From Bdellovibrionales bacterium (GTDB lineage Bacteria > Bdellovibrionota > Bdellovibrionia > Bdellovibrionales > UBA1609): a stretch of DNA of 64,000 nt. The notes beneath the pieces are model-generated. The model made no database searches. It was not told the DNA's origin and saw only the letters and a program-made list of their open reading frames with translations. Positions 55,861-64,000 of this stretch are shown one piece after another. The stretch covers positions 888,570-952,569 of the forward strand of contig OZ220490.1 of the NCBI GenBank assembly GCA_965116175.1. The letters are read 5' to 3'. Positions within the stretch are counted from its first letter, which is position 1. Each line of letters opens with the position of its first letter. The translations under genes were made by a program, and so were the position numbers.

Positions 55861-56910
55861 TTATTCAATTTCACATATAGTTTTTAAAATCCTTGCAGAA
55901 ACCTCATAAGGATCAGCATTGGCTCCAGGTCTTCTGTCTTCCAAATAACCATATCCTTTTTTAGATACATGAAGAGGGATTCTTATAGAAGCCCCTCTAT
56001 CAGCCACTCCATGTCTAAATTCATCAATATGGCAGGTTTCATGTCTTCCTGTCAGTCTTTCTGAAAGCCGGTGGCCATAAACAGCAATATGCTCCTTATG
56101 CTTTTCAGATAAAAGTTTTATGGATTTTTTAATTGTTTGTTCCCCTGTTTTTCGATCTCTCATGGACTTTGTAGAAAAATTGGTATGTTGTCCAGCTCCA
56201 TTCCAATCCCCCCTGACAGGCTTTGGATCTAAAGTTGCCGCAATATCAAAATCTTCCCCTAGACGGTAAAGAAGCCATCTGGCCAGCCATGTGTGATCCC
56301 CTACACTTAAAGGATCAGGTTTATCTTCATCAAAACCACGATAGCCAATTTGAAATTCCCACTGTCCAGGCATAACCTCAGCGTTGATTCCAAAAATCAT
56401 GATACCTGCATAAATACAAGCCTGACTATGCTCTTCAACAAGCTCCCGACCAAAAACCTCATCAGCTCCCACTCCACAGTAAAAAGGACCTTGAGGGGCA
56501 GGATAACCCTTAACCGGCCAGCCCAAAGGAACACGATTTTTAAATAAAGTGTATTCCTGCTCAACACCAAACCAAGGCTCCTCCTTATCAGCCCCGGCAG
56601 ATAAAACTCTTCTTAATTCAGCCCTTGTATTTGTTATATGAGGTCTTCTATCGGAGTTTAAAACCTCACACATAATTAAAAAATGCTTTTCCCCACGCAA
56701 AGGGTCTCTGACAAAATTCACTGGTTTTAAAATTAAATCAGAATCACTGCCTTTTGCCTGATAAGTGGAAGAGCCATCAAATCCCCATTCTGGAAAATCA
56801 GTTAAAACAACATCCTCATCCTTTTTATCCAGATAAACAGCCCTGGCTTTTGAACGAAGTTTTCGTGTTGGGGAAGCTCCATCTATCCATATATATTCAC
56901 AAAGACTCAT
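55861..56910 (-). CDS. glnII: glutamine synthetase type II (eukaryote-like GSII)
   Basis: About 350 aa. MSLCEYIWIDG, FDGSSTYQA, GPFYCGVGA, NAEVMPGQWEFQIG and NGAG.HTNFS. The preferred start at 56910 has AGGAG 7 nt upstream. The track start is 56937. Confidence 0.9.
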   Translation of the reverse strand: MSLCEYIWIDGASPTRKLRSKARAVYLDKKDEDVVLTDFPEWGFDGSSTYQAKGSDSDLILKPVNFVRDPLRGEKHFLIMCEVLNSDRRPHITNTRAELRRVLSAGADKEEPWFGVEQEYTLFKNRVPLGWPVKGYPAPQGPFYCGVGADEVFGRELVEEHSQACIYAGIMIFGINAEVMPGQWEFQIGYRGFDEDKPDPLSVGDHTWLARWLLYRLGEDFDIAATLDPKPVRGDWNGAGQHTNFSTKSMRDRKTGEQTIKKSIKLLSEKHKEHIAVYGHRLSERLTGRHETCHIDEFRHGVADRGASIRIPLHVSKKGYGYLEDRRPGANADPYEVSARILKTICEIE

Positions 56911-57113
56911 ATTCTGTCTCCTTTTTTTTAATTTCAATTAAACGCTGACCTTATAAAAGGCGCGATTATTTTTACATGAGAATACAGATTCACCTCTGTC
57001 TGTCAAATATTCACTCATTTTATCAAAGGTTTTTAGAAAAAGGCTCCTTGTATTTTAAAAAAAGTGTTTCAAAAACCGCTCCTTGATACCAAAAAGTTCA
57101 TAAAACATGAAAG

Positions 57114-57162
57114 GTTCATGCTAGTAAAGCAGTCTATTTCTAAAGGTTTTTAATAATAACAA
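57114..57162. mobile_element. orphan IS1595-type end abutting the next IS copy
   Basis: GGTTCATGCTAGTAAAGCAGTCTATTTCTAAAGGTTTTTAATAATAACAA parallels the end at 1706 (GGTTCAAGACAACTTAAGAGGTTTATTTCTGATGATTTTTAATAATAACAA). Confidence 0.55.
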
Positions 57163-57163
57163 A

Positions 57164-57936
57164 GGTTCATGATATTTTAAGAGGCTTATTTTTTACCAAT
57201 TTTAATATCAATTTATATAAGTTTCTTTTCTGTGGTTAAATCTAAACTCACATTCTTTAAGATGCAAGTAAAAAGTATCTTTATTCATACCTCTAAACTT
57301 TGATAATCTGACTTTAGCTATTTCCCAAAAGCCTTCAATTCCGTTGATGTGATTTCTAATCTTCTTTTTTTCCTTTTTAGCAAATTCATTCTTTCCATGA
57401 TGAACACGATAATGTTTCTTATACCCCATATTCACCAAACCATCATTAAGTCTTAAATCCATCTGTATAAACAATAGCTGACCTAAATATTCTTTGATTT
57501 ATAAGGGAAATAATGGCTTTTTGAGAGCAATTTTTTAAAACTTAACCCCATTAAGTTTTATTAAGTATAAACTTTACCTTTTCTTTGCTTGAGTCCAAGG
57601 ACAACGGTTTTCCCATAAGACCCTCTTCCTCTTCTTCCACGAATACGACAAGTTCTAAAATAACTCTCATCCATTTCCACTTCTCCTGCTTCAAAAATAC
57701 TTTCCTGTTCACAAAATTCAGTGATCCTTATTCTCACTTGTTTTAAAATCCTATTCACACATATTCTGCTGACACCAGAAAATAAAGCTATCTGACAAGC
57801 TGTTAAATCTCCCGAAAATAACTTGATAATTTCTCTAAATTTAGCCTCCGAAATCCTTGAACGAATAAAATACTTATTTTTCATGTAAATACAATAGGTT
57901 AACCAATTTTTAAGTCAACTTAAAGTATCATGAACC
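57164..57936 (-). mobile_element. IS1595-family (IS1016-like) insertion sequence, both ends present, transposase frameshifted
   Basis: The terminal inverted repeats are GGTTCATGATATTTTAAG (57164) and the reverse complement GGTTCATGATACTTTAAG (57936). Transposase pieces lie at 57561..57884 (N-terminus) and 57208..57474 (C-terminus). A third frame in between reads VLKNCSQKAIISLINQRIFRSAIVYTDGFKT, so there are at least 2 frame disruptions. Confidence 0.8.
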
Positions 57937-58215
57937 TTTTAGAATTTTATGGATTGTGTCTCTACTTGTTTGTGTCAAAAAAGCTAATTTGAGAAACTTT
58001 TAGATCCGCTGAAAATAGCTTAAGTCATCTTGAACCTTGTTTTTTTATAGTCATTTTAACCATTTAACTCCTATCATAATAGGCTTAACCAGTCATGAGC
58101 CAAATGATACTGAAAAAAATAACTGGAAGTTTTAAAAGCTTTCAAATATAATGATTTCTACCTAAAATTACGAGAAAACTTAATAAACAGCATAAAGGTT
58201 AAAAAAGGAAGCTCT

Positions 58216-59136
58216 ATGTCTTATGCAGATATAACCAAACGAACCCAGCCCCGATTTTCAGGTGTAAAAACCTTTTTTCGTTTTCCCTATGAAAAAGCGG
58301 AGGAAACCAAAAAAAATGTGATTTTATGTGGAATTCCCTTTGACGGAGGAACAACCTATCGCTCAGGGGCCAGAATGGCTCCAAGCCGAATACGAGAAAT
58401 CTCCTCCTTGGGAAGAGGCTATCACTTCCAGAGAAAACAGGATTCCTTTAAAACCATAAAACCTGTTGATGGAGGGGATTTACCCACAAATCCTATTTCT
58501 CTTAATAAAACTTATGAACTAGTGGAAAAAGCCATCTTTAATCTGGCAAAAAAAGGAAAAAGAATGTTATCTGTGGGAGGAGATCACTCCCTCACATTGC
58601 CTATTTTAAGGGCTCTCTCCAAAGTTCACGGTCCTTTGAATTTAATTCACTTTGACGCTCATTTTGACACTTATCCTCCAGCTTATGGCGAGGAATACCA
58701 TCATGGGACCTTTGTTCGCCACGGGATTTTGGAAAATCATCTCAAACAGGTTTGGCAGTTTGGTATTCGCGGTCCCTTTGTGGTTAAAGAAGATCAGGAC
58801 TTTGCCAAGGAAAATAATATCCTCTTTTTTACAGTGGATAATATTAAGAAAAAAGAAAGCCTCATCTTTTTTGAAATTCCTCAACCTATTAAAGGCCCTA
58901 CTTATTTAAGCTTTGATGTGGATTGTCTGGATCCTGCTTATGCTCCTGGAACAGGGACTCCTGTCATTGGCGGTTTAACCACCTATGAAGTCCAGCAAAT
59001 TCTTAGAAATTTAAAGATAGAGAATCTCATAGGAGCTGATGTTATGGAAGTGAATCCTGCCTATGATCATGGGGATATTACCAGTCTGGCTGCTGTAGAT
59101 GTTCTTTTTGAATGTATTAATATAATGGGAGATTAA
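58216..59136 (+). CDS. speB: agmatinase (ureohydrolase family)
   Basis: Mn-binding motifs GGDHS, HFDAHFD and SFDVDCLDPAYAPGTGTP. Confidence 0.88.
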   Translation: MSYADITKRTQPRFSGVKTFFRFPYEKAEETKKNVILCGIPFDGGTTYRSGARMAPSRIREISSLGRGYHFQRKQDSFKTIKPVDGGDLPTNPISLNKTYELVEKAIFNLAKKGKRMLSVGGDHSLTLPILRALSKVHGPLNLIHFDAHFDTYPPAYGEEYHHGTFVRHGILENHLKQVWQFGIRGPFVVKEDQDFAKENNILFFTVDNIKKKESLIFFEIPQPIKGPTYLSFDVDCLDPAYAPGTGTPVIGGLTTYEVQQILRNLKIENLIGADVMEVNPAYDHGDITSLAAVDVLFECINIMGD

Positions 59137-60372
59137 TTATACAGATGGAAAAAGCCGGGCTTCAGCCAGATTTTCTCTTTGAGAAAGAACCAAAAATAAA
59201 CGATCTAAACCCATTGCAATTCCACAGGATGGAGGCATCCCTCCTTTCATAAGTGAAATCAACTCTTTGTCAAAAAGCACAGAGTCTTTTCTTTGTTTAA
59301 TATGATTTTTAAACAAAGACAGCTGCTCTTTACTGTCTGTCACCTCATAAAAAGCGTTAGCCAACTCAAACCCCCTCCAATAGAGTTCAAAACGATCCGC
59401 CCATCCCTCCTTATTCAATTTAGCAAAGGCTCTTAGCCTTGGAGGATAATTACAAACAAAAACAGGATTTGATTTATGAAATTTTGGCTCTATTAAATTT
59501 AAAAAAAGGTTGAAAAAGAGGTCTTCAAAACTTTCCTTTGATTTATATATAAGTTTATGTTTTTTTAACAAGGGGATGAGATCTTTTTTGGAAGTTTTTG
59601 GAGTTAGATGAAAGCCAATATACTTTTCAAAAAGCTCCTGCACAGTGTAAATTTTTGCTTGAGGCAATGAAACTTTACAAAATTTCTTTTTTTGCAAAAA
59701 GGATAAAAGTTTGCAGCTTTCCTTTATAAGCTCTTGTGTGGAATAAAAGGCGCGATACCACTCCAACACAGTAAATTCTGGTTGATGTAACTGGCTTAAC
59801 TCTCCGTTGCGATAACATTTTTTTATTTCAAAAAAATCTGTCCAATCCTGACATAAAAGTTTTTTAAGGTGGAGCTCCGGGCTGCTAGGCAAATATACTG
59901 TTCTGGATTTGTTATCCACAGAAAAGCAGGTCTTAAAAAATTGAAGCTGTGGTTCAGTCCCCGGGCAGCAGACAAGTCCAGGGGTTTCAGCATAAGCCAG
60001 TCCTTCCGAATAAAAAAATTCCTTAACAGCAGTTAAAAAACTGGCCCACTCTTGTATAAGATGCCCCTTATTGCTATAAGAAAAATCAAGTTTTTTAATT
60101 TTTTTGGATGCTGAAACTAAAATTTTATATTCAGAAATCTGATATTTATTTTTCTTTTTTGATAACAATTTAACAGCAAGCCAGCTTCCTGTTTTCAGTG
60201 GGATAGGCTTTTTTCCTTGTTTTTCACAATCAATAGACAAGTTTTGAGACCGCAGCTGAAAGTAACGGCCTTTAGGATAAAAGCGGCCAGCCAGCCAACA
60301 TGGCAGTTTTTTTTCTTTTCCATGAAAAAAACGATTTAATGAAAAAACAAGGTTTTTAGATATGTTCTTCAT
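59137..60372 (-). CDS. epmA: EF-P lysyl-transferase EpmA/GenX-like class II aaRS paralog with an N-terminal extension
   Basis: Motif 2 is CYRNGELSQLHQPEFTVLEWYRAF and motif 3 is CGIAMGLDRLFLVL. There is no tRNA-synthetase-length anticodon domain, but about 100 extra N-terminal residues are present. Confidence 0.7.
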   Translation of the reverse strand: MKNISKNLVFSLNRFFHGKEKKLPCWLAGRFYPKGRYFQLRSQNLSIDCEKQGKKPIPLKTGSWLAVKLLSKKKNKYQISEYKILVSASKKIKKLDFSYSNKGHLIQEWASFLTAVKEFFYSEGLAYAETPGLVCCPGTEPQLQFFKTCFSVDNKSRTVYLPSSPELHLKKLLCQDWTDFFEIKKCYRNGELSQLHQPEFTVLEWYRAFYSTQELIKESCKLLSFLQKKKFCKVSLPQAKIYTVQELFEKYIGFHLTPKTSKKDLIPLLKKHKLIYKSKESFEDLFFNLFLNLIEPKFHKSNPVFVCNYPPRLRAFAKLNKEGWADRFELYWRGFELANAFYEVTDSKEQLSLFKNHIKQRKDSVLFDKELISLMKGGMPPSCGIAMGLDRLFLVLSQRENLAEARLFPSV

Positions 60373-60404
60373 TGTTTTTGTTGTTTTTTCTTAAAGAATA
60401 ATTA

Positions 60405-60458
60405 GGTTCATGGTGACTTAAGAGGATTATTTCTAACAATTTTTAACAATAATATATC
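60405..60458. mobile_element. solo IS1595-type end remnant
   Basis: GGTTCATGGTGACTTAAGAGGATTATTTCTAACAATTTTTAACAATAATATATCC parallels the transposase-distal end of the copy at 1706. Confidence 0.5.
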
Positions 60459-60470
60459 CAATTCATCTTA

Positions 60471-62369
60471 TTAAATAATTTTTTTGGAAAAAACAGCTTT
60501 ATCAAGCAGAAGATAAGAATTATCTAAAGTCTCTTGCGAAATAAATAACAGATTTTCCTCTTTGTTATGGCAGTCAGTCAACCGGAAATGTCCGGAGCGA
60601 AGCCCGCCCAGATACCATCGCCCGTCACCTACATAAATAATATCTGAAACTTCAGACTTCATTTTTTGAGCTACCTCCTTAGCTACAGAGATTTGCCCTT
60701 TGGGAAGATTATTATCTATTTCCAGTTTTAAGTTTTTAGCCCTCTTCCCCCACTTAAGATTGGGCTTTCCCCCCTTAAAAAAGAACATAGCTTTGTCAAG
60801 GCTGTCCAATGTGAAACCCTGTATTTTTTCTTTATCCGCCGGCTTTGTGAAAAGGCAAACCACAATACCCACAGCCCCTGACACCAGAATCCCAAACAAA
60901 GCGCGAAATAAAAAAGGATCGCCAGAGGGAGAGCCGTAAAAGAAATCTCTTAAAGGATAAATCCATTCCGGAAATTTAAGCGTCATAAAAGTCAGAGAGA
61001 CTCCAGCCACTAAAGCGCAGGAGGCGGATATAGAATTAAATCTATTCCACAACATACCCAAAAGAAGAGTGGTCACTATAGAGGGAATAATCACCATAAT
61101 CCCTTTGTAATGAATAGACATCAATGTTCCCTTTTGAAAAAAGAACCATGAGGCCAGCAATAGACCTAATACAGTAACAGCTATGGATGTAAACCTTGCC
61201 GACCTAAGATAATGTTTATCATCAGCCTTTGGACGAATAACAGGTTTGTAAATATCATAAATAAAAATAGCGCTGGCAGCGTTGATTAAAGTGTCTATAG
61301 TGGACATAAGAGCGGCCAGTAAAGCTGATAAGATTATACCTAAAATCACAGGATTGCTTTGGACAACATAGCCCACCACAGTGACAAAAGTATGGTAGCT
61401 GTTTTCAATAGCAAGTGTACCTGAAGAAGCCAAAGCTCCATTTAAGACGGCCTGCTTTTGCAAAATGGATTTGCCAATCCATCCAATGGATCCCACAACA
61501 AGAGCGGAAAGAGGCAGAGTGATCAGTATATTAGCCATTCCCGCAAAGCGGGCTTCATTCACACTCCTTATACTTAAAAATCTCATTAAAAAACCCTGAT
61601 TTAAAAATAAAAAGGCAATGCTTCCCGCAAGAGCATCTCCCCAAAACATACCCACAGAGTTAAATTTAGGATTGTCTCTTAAGGGAGCAAAAGGTATTCG
61701 ATGCTCCAAAGGCAGATAAGAAAAAAACTCGCCAAAGCCACCCAAAACATATAAGCCGCAGCCAAAAGCCAAAAAACCAGCTGTATAAAGAATCACACCC
61801 TGAACAAGATCAGTAAAGATAACCGCTGTCTGTCCTCCCAAACTAACATAAGTCCCTAAAATGAATGTGATAAGAGGCAAAGTCCAAATAGGGGAAAAAC
61901 CAAAAATGCCTTCAAAGGCCAAACCAATTGTAAAAAGGTTATAACCTATATAATAAAAAATATAAGCCAGTAAAATACAGACTGTGATATAGCGGGTGGC
62001 GCGGTTAAAGCGCTTTTCAAAATACTGCGGTATGGATTTTGTCCTTGTCCAATACATGATGGGGAGCCAGCCAAAAAAGAATAAAGGGATAATAAACCAT
62101 TCATTCATATAACCCATAGCGCTGTTCATTCCTGTATTTAAACCCTGCTCTGAATATTTTAAATAGCTGTAAGAGCCAATCCCTGTGGCCATCATGCTTA
62201 CAAAAGGGAGCCACCAGGCAAATCTTTGGCCGCTAAAAAAGAAATCATGTATACTGGAGCTGAATTTTGAAAAATAAGTCCCAAAAAATGTCACCATTGC
62301 AAAGTAGGAGACAATAATGCCAATAATGATGGATAAGGTGATGCCTGACAGCTCAATTCCAAAATTCAT
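60471..62369 (-). CDS. sodium:solute symporter family transporter with a cytoplasmic C-terminal domain
   Basis: About 13 TM segments with an SSF-like pattern (GG.T.V.FTD..QG). The C-terminal about 120 aa are soluble. Confidence 0.8.
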   Translation of the reverse strand: MNFGIELSGITLSIIIGIIVSYFAMVTFFGTYFSKFSSSIHDFFFSGQRFAWWLPFVSMMATGIGSYSYLKYSEQGLNTGMNSAMGYMNEWFIIPLFFFGWLPIMYWTRTKSIPQYFEKRFNRATRYITVCILLAYIFYYIGYNLFTIGLAFEGIFGFSPIWTLPLITFILGTYVSLGGQTAVIFTDLVQGVILYTAGFLAFGCGLYVLGGFGEFFSYLPLEHRIPFAPLRDNPKFNSVGMFWGDALAGSIAFLFLNQGFLMRFLSIRSVNEARFAGMANILITLPLSALVVGSIGWIGKSILQKQAVLNGALASSGTLAIENSYHTFVTVVGYVVQSNPVILGIILSALLAALMSTIDTLINAASAIFIYDIYKPVIRPKADDKHYLRSARFTSIAVTVLGLLLASWFFFQKGTLMSIHYKGIMVIIPSIVTTLLLGMLWNRFNSISASCALVAGVSLTFMTLKFPEWIYPLRDFFYGSPSGDPFLFRALFGILVSGAVGIVVCLFTKPADKEKIQGFTLDSLDKAMFFFKGGKPNLKWGKRAKNLKLEIDNNLPKGQISVAKEVAQKMKSEVSDIIYVGDGRWYLGGLRSGHFRLTDCHNKEENLLFISQETLDNSYLLLDKAVFSKKII

Positions 62370-62410
62370 ACCTTTTCCCTTTTCATTTTATAGAAACATA
62401 TTTCACAAAA

Positions 62411-62734
62411 TTAATTTTTAAGAGGAAGATTTTCAGCAAGAAAAATCCATAACGCATGGCATGAAAACATAAAAGTAAAACCACAACAGATAGCAATAAG
62501 CCAAAACAATTCCTCTCTCCTCCTCATAGGATTAATACCCTGTCTTGTAAAAATCCAAAGAATACTCAAACTAAAAAATACAAATCCCATTCCATAAGTA
62601 TAAAAAAAGCTTATCCAAAGGCTTTTTTCCCCTAGAAGATCAGCTAAAGATCTGGGATACCAGTAAGCAAAACAAAAAATACAAACTAAAATTGAAAAAG
62701 ACGAAAGAAAATTTCTTATAACCGAAGTTTTCAT
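62411..62734 (-). CDS. small integral membrane protein, possible symporter accessory subunit
   Basis: 107 aa with about 3 TM segments, lying directly upstream of the symporter gene on the same strand. The accessory role is inferred from context only. Confidence 0.4.
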   Translation of the reverse strand: MKTSVIRNFLSSFSILVCIFCFAYWYPRSLADLLGEKSLWISFFYTYGMGFVFFSLSILWIFTRQGINPMRRREELFWLIAICCGFTFMFSCHALWIFLAENLPLKN

Positions 62735-62958
62735 TGGTTTAACCTTTAATTATGAAAATTACATTTAATTGAGTTTATTTTTCAAGGCTTAACACCTGAA
62801 AAATCTTTATACAAGCCATTTTCCAAAATAGACTTGTTGAACTCTGCTTTTCAAGGATCAATTTACCACAAAGAGAAAAGCCTCTTAAATATGTAATTTT
62901 TAAAAACCTCTTGATTAAATAAGAAACAAACTATATATAGAAAATCAGGTTTAGAAAT

Positions 62959-63717
62959 ATGGCGGGAAAAAAGAAAAAAACAAATCCAAAAAAAACAACA
63001 GCAAAATCTGTTAAAAAAACTGCTGCCAAAAAAGCAACGGCAAAAAAAAGCAGTGTTAAAAACACAACTTCTACAAAAACAAGCAAAAGTAAAAAAACGG
63101 CAGCAGCAAAAACCAGCGCTGATAAAAAGTCAGCCGGCAAAATAAAGAATAAATCAGAAAAGACAAAAAAATCATCCACAATAATTAAAGAAAAAAGAAC
63201 TAAACCTTCAATGGCAAAAAAAACCAGCGCCGATAAAAAAACAATAAAGGAAAAAGCTTTAAAATCTAAAAAAACTGAGGTTAAAAAAGAAAAAAATGAA
63301 AAAACTTTAAAGGATAAAAAAATAAAATCCAGCGCTCCTAAAAAAACAACAGCAAGTAAACAGCCTGTGGACGCTAAAAAACCTATAGAAGGAAAAAAAG
63401 CAGCTTCAGCTAAAAAAATAACAGATGACAATACTAAGGCAAAAAAAACAAAAAGAAAAAAAGCAACTCAAAAGAAATCCACAGAAAAAAGCTTAGAACT
63501 CACTACTGAAGAAAACAAAATATGGCATAATCTTAAAGAAAAGCATAAAGAGGAGAAAGCCGCTCCATACAATATGAAAAAATCCTTTGAATCTAAAGTA
63601 GCCATTGACCACAAGGTGTTTGGCTTGGGATTTATAGTTTCTCAATACAACAACCGCCTTAAGGTTTTGTTTAAGGACGGAACAAAAACCCTCATTTCTA
63701 ATTACCACAATAACTAA
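62959..63717 (+). CDS. lysine-rich histone H1-like protein with a small globular C-terminal domain
   Basis: About 175 aa of KKTAAKK / AKKxS repeats, then VAIDHKVFGLGFIVSQYNNRLKVLFKDGTKTLISNY (DUF3553-like SH3/KOW-type motif). Confidence 0.6.
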   Translation: MAGKKKKTNPKKTTAKSVKKTAAKKATAKKSSVKNTTSTKTSKSKKTAAAKTSADKKSAGKIKNKSEKTKKSSTIIKEKRTKPSMAKKTSADKKTIKEKALKSKKTEVKKEKNEKTLKDKKIKSSAPKKTTASKQPVDAKKPIEGKKAASAKKITDDNTKAKKTKRKKATQKKSTEKSLELTTEENKIWHNLKEKHKEEKAAPYNMKKSFESKVAIDHKVFGLGFIVSQYNNRLKVLFKDGTKTLISNYHNN

Positions 63718-63733
63718 ACTAAGGTTTCTAATT

Positions 63734-63955
63734 ATGGCAAAAAGTGATCTGGCTCAATTTGACGGTCAAATAACAAACATAGGTGCTGGTGGTGTCTATA
63801 AAGTTAAACTGGAAAAAAACAATGCTGAGGTTTCTGCCAAGTTATGTGGGAAAATGAGGCGCTACAATATTCAAGTTGTTTTAGGGGATCGCGTGACTGT
63901 GGGTTTCTCCCCCCAGGATTTGAATACAGGTTTAATCATATACCGCTACCGGTAA
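63734..63955 (+). CDS. infA: translation initiation factor IF-1
   Basis: 73-aa S1-like OB fold: GGVYKVKLEKNNAEVSAKLCGKMRRYNIQVVLGDRVTVGFSPQDLNTGLIIYRY. Confidence 0.9.
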   Translation: MAKSDLAQFDGQITNIGAGGVYKVKLEKNNAEVSAKLCGKMRRYNIQVVLGDRVTVGFSPQDLNTGLIIYRYR

Positions 63956-64000
63956 GTGATCCTGTTTAATGCTTTTCAAAATTTGTTCTGCCCTCTTATC

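Noticed and set aside
62931-63431. 166-aa Phe-rich minus-strand ORF
   Set aside because: It is the antisense of the AAA/AAG-rich lysine-repeat gene. Poly-Phe/Leu composition is the expected artefact.

Overview
This is a visibly AT-rich chromosomal segment from a Gram-negative-type bacterium. It carries a PilQ secretin and many lipobox lipoproteins. I cannot assign the taxon from sequence alone.

Most of the window is conserved housekeeping, largely on the minus strand:
- purA, fbaB, a type IV pilus block (pilD, pilM, pilN, pilO, a pilP-like gene and pilQ), rlmB-like, pyrF, an MscS channel and nfu.
- glyA, proS, ribH, a fused ABC ATPase, thrS-infC and mpl.
- prs, rplY, pth, ychF, glnII, speB, epmA-like, a sodium:solute symporter and infA.

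The main accessory region is a defence island of about 11.7 kb between thrS and mpl (about 34.1-45.9 kb). It contains:
- A tightly coupled minus-strand operon that reads as an Ssp-type DNA phosphorothioation system: DUF4007/SspB-like, a large P-loop ATPase/SspC-like, a PAPS-reductase PP-loop/SspD-like, DUF262+DUF1524/SspE-like and a cysteine desulfurase/SspA-like gene.
- A RelE/HigB-HTH toxin-antitoxin cassette bracketed by a 103-bp direct repeat.
- A single polypeptide that fuses a DarT (DUF4433) DNA ADP-ribosyltransferase toxin domain to a DarG-type macrodomain antitoxin.

The second notable signal is a pair of 115-nt hairpin modules, at 8260-8374 and 53426-53540. They share a conserved core but have completely different, fully compensated 20-bp outer stems. 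Each is nested inside a REP-like inverted-repeat family that also occurs 'empty' at two other loci.

Other features are at least five decayed IS1595 (IS1016-like) remnants, an IS481-like transposase fossil, several long in-frame tandem repeats in surface or pilus proteins, and lineage-specific insertions in RibH, Pth, IF-3 and EpmA. I found no rRNA, tRNA or CRISPR array.

All family assignments come from motif recognition by eye. No searches were run.
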